Shown here piece by piece: positions 61,361-64,000 of a stretch of 64,000 bases of DNA (its first letter is position 1; each line of letters begins with the position of its first letter). The notes under the pieces are model-generated. The model was not told where the DNA came from. It made no database searches and saw only the letters and a program-made list of their open reading frames with translations. The position numbers and the translations under genes were made by a program. The DNA is from Azolla caroliniana (taxonomy: Eukaryota; Plantae; Polypodiophyta), in contig JBHGNT010000004.1 of the NCBI GenBank assembly GCA_043228905.1, positions 5,208,001 to 5,272,000 on the forward strand, given 5' to 3'.

Positions 61361-64000
61361 TTACGCAAATTGTCGTTTTGCTAGTTCCATTTTTAGAAGC
61401 AACTCTTTTACATCCGATTCCATCCGACTCTTCATCTTCTGGAATTCGTGATGTGAACTCTCCAATGTTTGCAACTCATCAAACCATTTTTGCCGCCTTT
61501 CTTCTGATTCCTCAAGCCTAAGTTTCGCACACTTGCATTCATAATCTTTATCGATTTGTTCGCACTTTACAGAGATAATGCGTCGAAGCCCCCCTGCTTC
61601 TTGCCGAGCTTCATCTGCACGCATCTGAAACATATTTGATTCAGCTTGCTTGATCCGTACAGCACTCTCAATATCATCAATCTCTGCCATTCTCAAAGCC
61701 CGATCAAATTGCAATTGGGCTCCTCTCTTTTTCCCTGGATTTTGATCATTGCTGTGAAATCCTCCTTGTGCTTTATCTATATCTGAAAGTCTCTTACCCC
61801 CACTAGATGCAGCTTTAGCAATTGTTTCGAGATGGTCAGAATTCAAATCATTTGGCTGGAATGAAGGCTTTCTATCGGGTGTTCCAGCAGTTAGTTCAGC
61901 ATCCCCTTCTGTATGAAATTGAAAAATAATGTTAGCACATATTTGTACATTACCATTGTTGTAGCCCTATCTTGAAATTACATATTTTGCTTTACTGAAA
62001 TTACAGTTTATCCTCCTTAGAACACTCACTTAAAACATACAAAAAGCAGTTCCTAAAGATTTTGTTTCTATCCTTTAATGATACATAACAGCTATGAAAA
62101 TAAGCACTTGTATAGCAATACATGTTAGCCAAGCTGAGCAGTGAGCACAAATAGATGCACATTTACGAAAGGCAGATGAAACATCATTGCATTTGAAGTC
62201 ACCCACCTAGTGGGAAATGCTTAGTGTCTCATTGAAAAAGGGTACAAAAGTCAAAGTAACATGAGATCAATCTTACCATTAAGGAACCGCAACATGCTCC
62301 TGCAAACTTCGGTTGCATTGACCTTATTTTCAAGCTTCTGTAACATCTGTTCTGCCTTCAACCATAACTGTTTTCCTCTCATACCTTCACTTCCATGAAA
62401 GATCTTGCGAACACAGTCAAGCTCTTTCGCAAGTGTCTCAGCACCCCAGCCTTCAGCACATTTTTGAAACACCTCCTTCACAAATCCAAACAATTCTGAC
62501 TTGTGATCACATGCAACACAGTGGTATTGCATCTCGGCAGCATCGGTTGCAATTTGTGTACTTGAAGTGGGTGCAATATAAGATTTTCTTAAGGCACAAT
62601 CTGTATGACACCAATGCAAACAAACATCACAACCCACCCATCGGCAAGTGTTGTTATCTGAATCAAACTTGAAGCACACTACACACATGCACTCATGGCA
62701 AAAACCACTTTTGTTGGAGCAAATCGTGCATTCGCATCCACCAGCTGGTAATGACTGCTGGCATGCTGTGTTCGGACACTTGGTTTGTAAAAAGATATCT
62801 ATAAGGGCCTTGTATGTTTGTGTCTTCGACTTTCCTTCAACATATGCTTGCATCCCAGTTTTCAACGCAACAAGAATCTCTAGTTGTGTACGATGTGCAC
62901 GCAACAGGACATTCTCTGTCAAGTCTTTCCGCTTTCTGATATTGTCTTGCAGAATCATGAATTCTTCTCGCTTCTCGAAACAACATAGCACCATGCGTGC
63001 CAATCCTTTCAAACCCTCGAGAAAGCTATCAGGTAACTCTTGCAGTTTCTGTGCCATAATTGCAACTGGTTGTGTTGCAATCTCTTGGAGCCCAATTTTT
63101 TCACAAAACGTGTTTCTCTCCTCTAGCACATCATCATTTGTTGGAGAGGTGGCTGGCTTGGCATTACCTGACGAAGGATCAATGAACTTGTCCTTCCCAT
63201 GCGGCACATTTGTATCAAATCCAACTTTTCCGGATAATGCTTCTTGTTTTGATGCAAACCATGCTTTTTGCTGACGGATTCTCTCCCTTATTAATTCCTC
63301 ATGTGTTAATGCTTGTTTTCCTGATCCCTCGAGGCCTTGTATGCTTGACTCTACCATTTTTGGACCTTCCAATTTCGGCACGAATTGGCAAGTCCGTTGG
63401 GATATATGGTTGCTTCCTGAGCTTCTATTGCTTCCAGTAACTGATGGAAACCCCTGATGCATGCTGCCATTCTGTAAAACACGTTGATAGAGTGGGTTTC
63501 TATGCCTATTCTTAGACCTTTCTCGAGACAAACTCGTAACTGTATGCATTTCGTGTTGATTTCCGTTAACAGCTGGCCAGCTCCTATGAGACATGTGCTC
63601 AGTTCCTTGGGAAAATTGTTGTTTGCTTCCACCACATGAAAGTTCTTGGTTTTCCACCGAAGTGCAATTCAAAGAACAGCTCGGATTGTGTATAAACGAT
63701 TCAGATTGTGAAAAAGAGAACGATGAAGTAAATCCATCCGAGTTAGCATGAGTCTGAGACATAGAAAAATTCTGGGTTTGTGTATGAGTGTTTGTTAGAG
63801 AGTGTATACTCCTCTCTGGTTCTGCAGCCGGAACCACCAAATCTGGAGGATTACTAGTACCTGGCATTGCCAAAGATAGCTGAAGTGGCTCTACCTTCGA
63901 TTTCTTCTGCTTCTGGCTAGAATATTGACTTGATTCTTTGTCCAAGCCACCCAAAAGATCCATACCCTTTCTTTGTTCCATGGTGTGAATGGCTTCCATT
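61361..64000 (-). CDS. OBERON-like PHD-finger protein (OBE3/OBE4 type); 5' end probably outside the window
   Basis: AHRTQLEILVALKTG, the Oberon PHD CMCVVCFKFD..NTCRWVGCDVCLHWCHTDC and the C-terminal coiled coil IESAVRIKQAESNMFQMRADEARQEA; phase-consistent intron 62276-61909. Confidence 0.93.

Overview
Eukaryotic DNA, probably from a non-seed land plant (inference from the TE lineages and genes). About 80% is nested retrotransposon. Left block (1-14.4 kb): a decayed LINE holds Ty3/gypsy element A (+), which holds the related gypsy B (-). Gene island (15-23 kb): a truncated U6 pseudogene, a 7-exon SSUH2-like gene (+), a convergent 3-exon CYSTM gene (-) and an old LINE fragment. Right block (23.5-59.1 kb): a six-layer LTR nest, copia H > copia I > copia G > copia F > copia E > gypsy C, with gypsy D (near-identical twin of C) also inside G. 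The window ends in an OBERON-like PHD-finger gene (-). The most interesting material is the gypsy lineage (A-D): tRNA-Trp PBS, 4-bp CpG-centred target duplications, DHG protease and FLDD RT motifs, a conserved G_GAU_UUU_UAR -1 frameshift site with a predicted pseudoknot between gag-protease and pol, and a tRNA-like A/B-box module in the A/B LTRs. Coordinates and counts were read by eye. No database searches were run, so novelty is unconfirmed.
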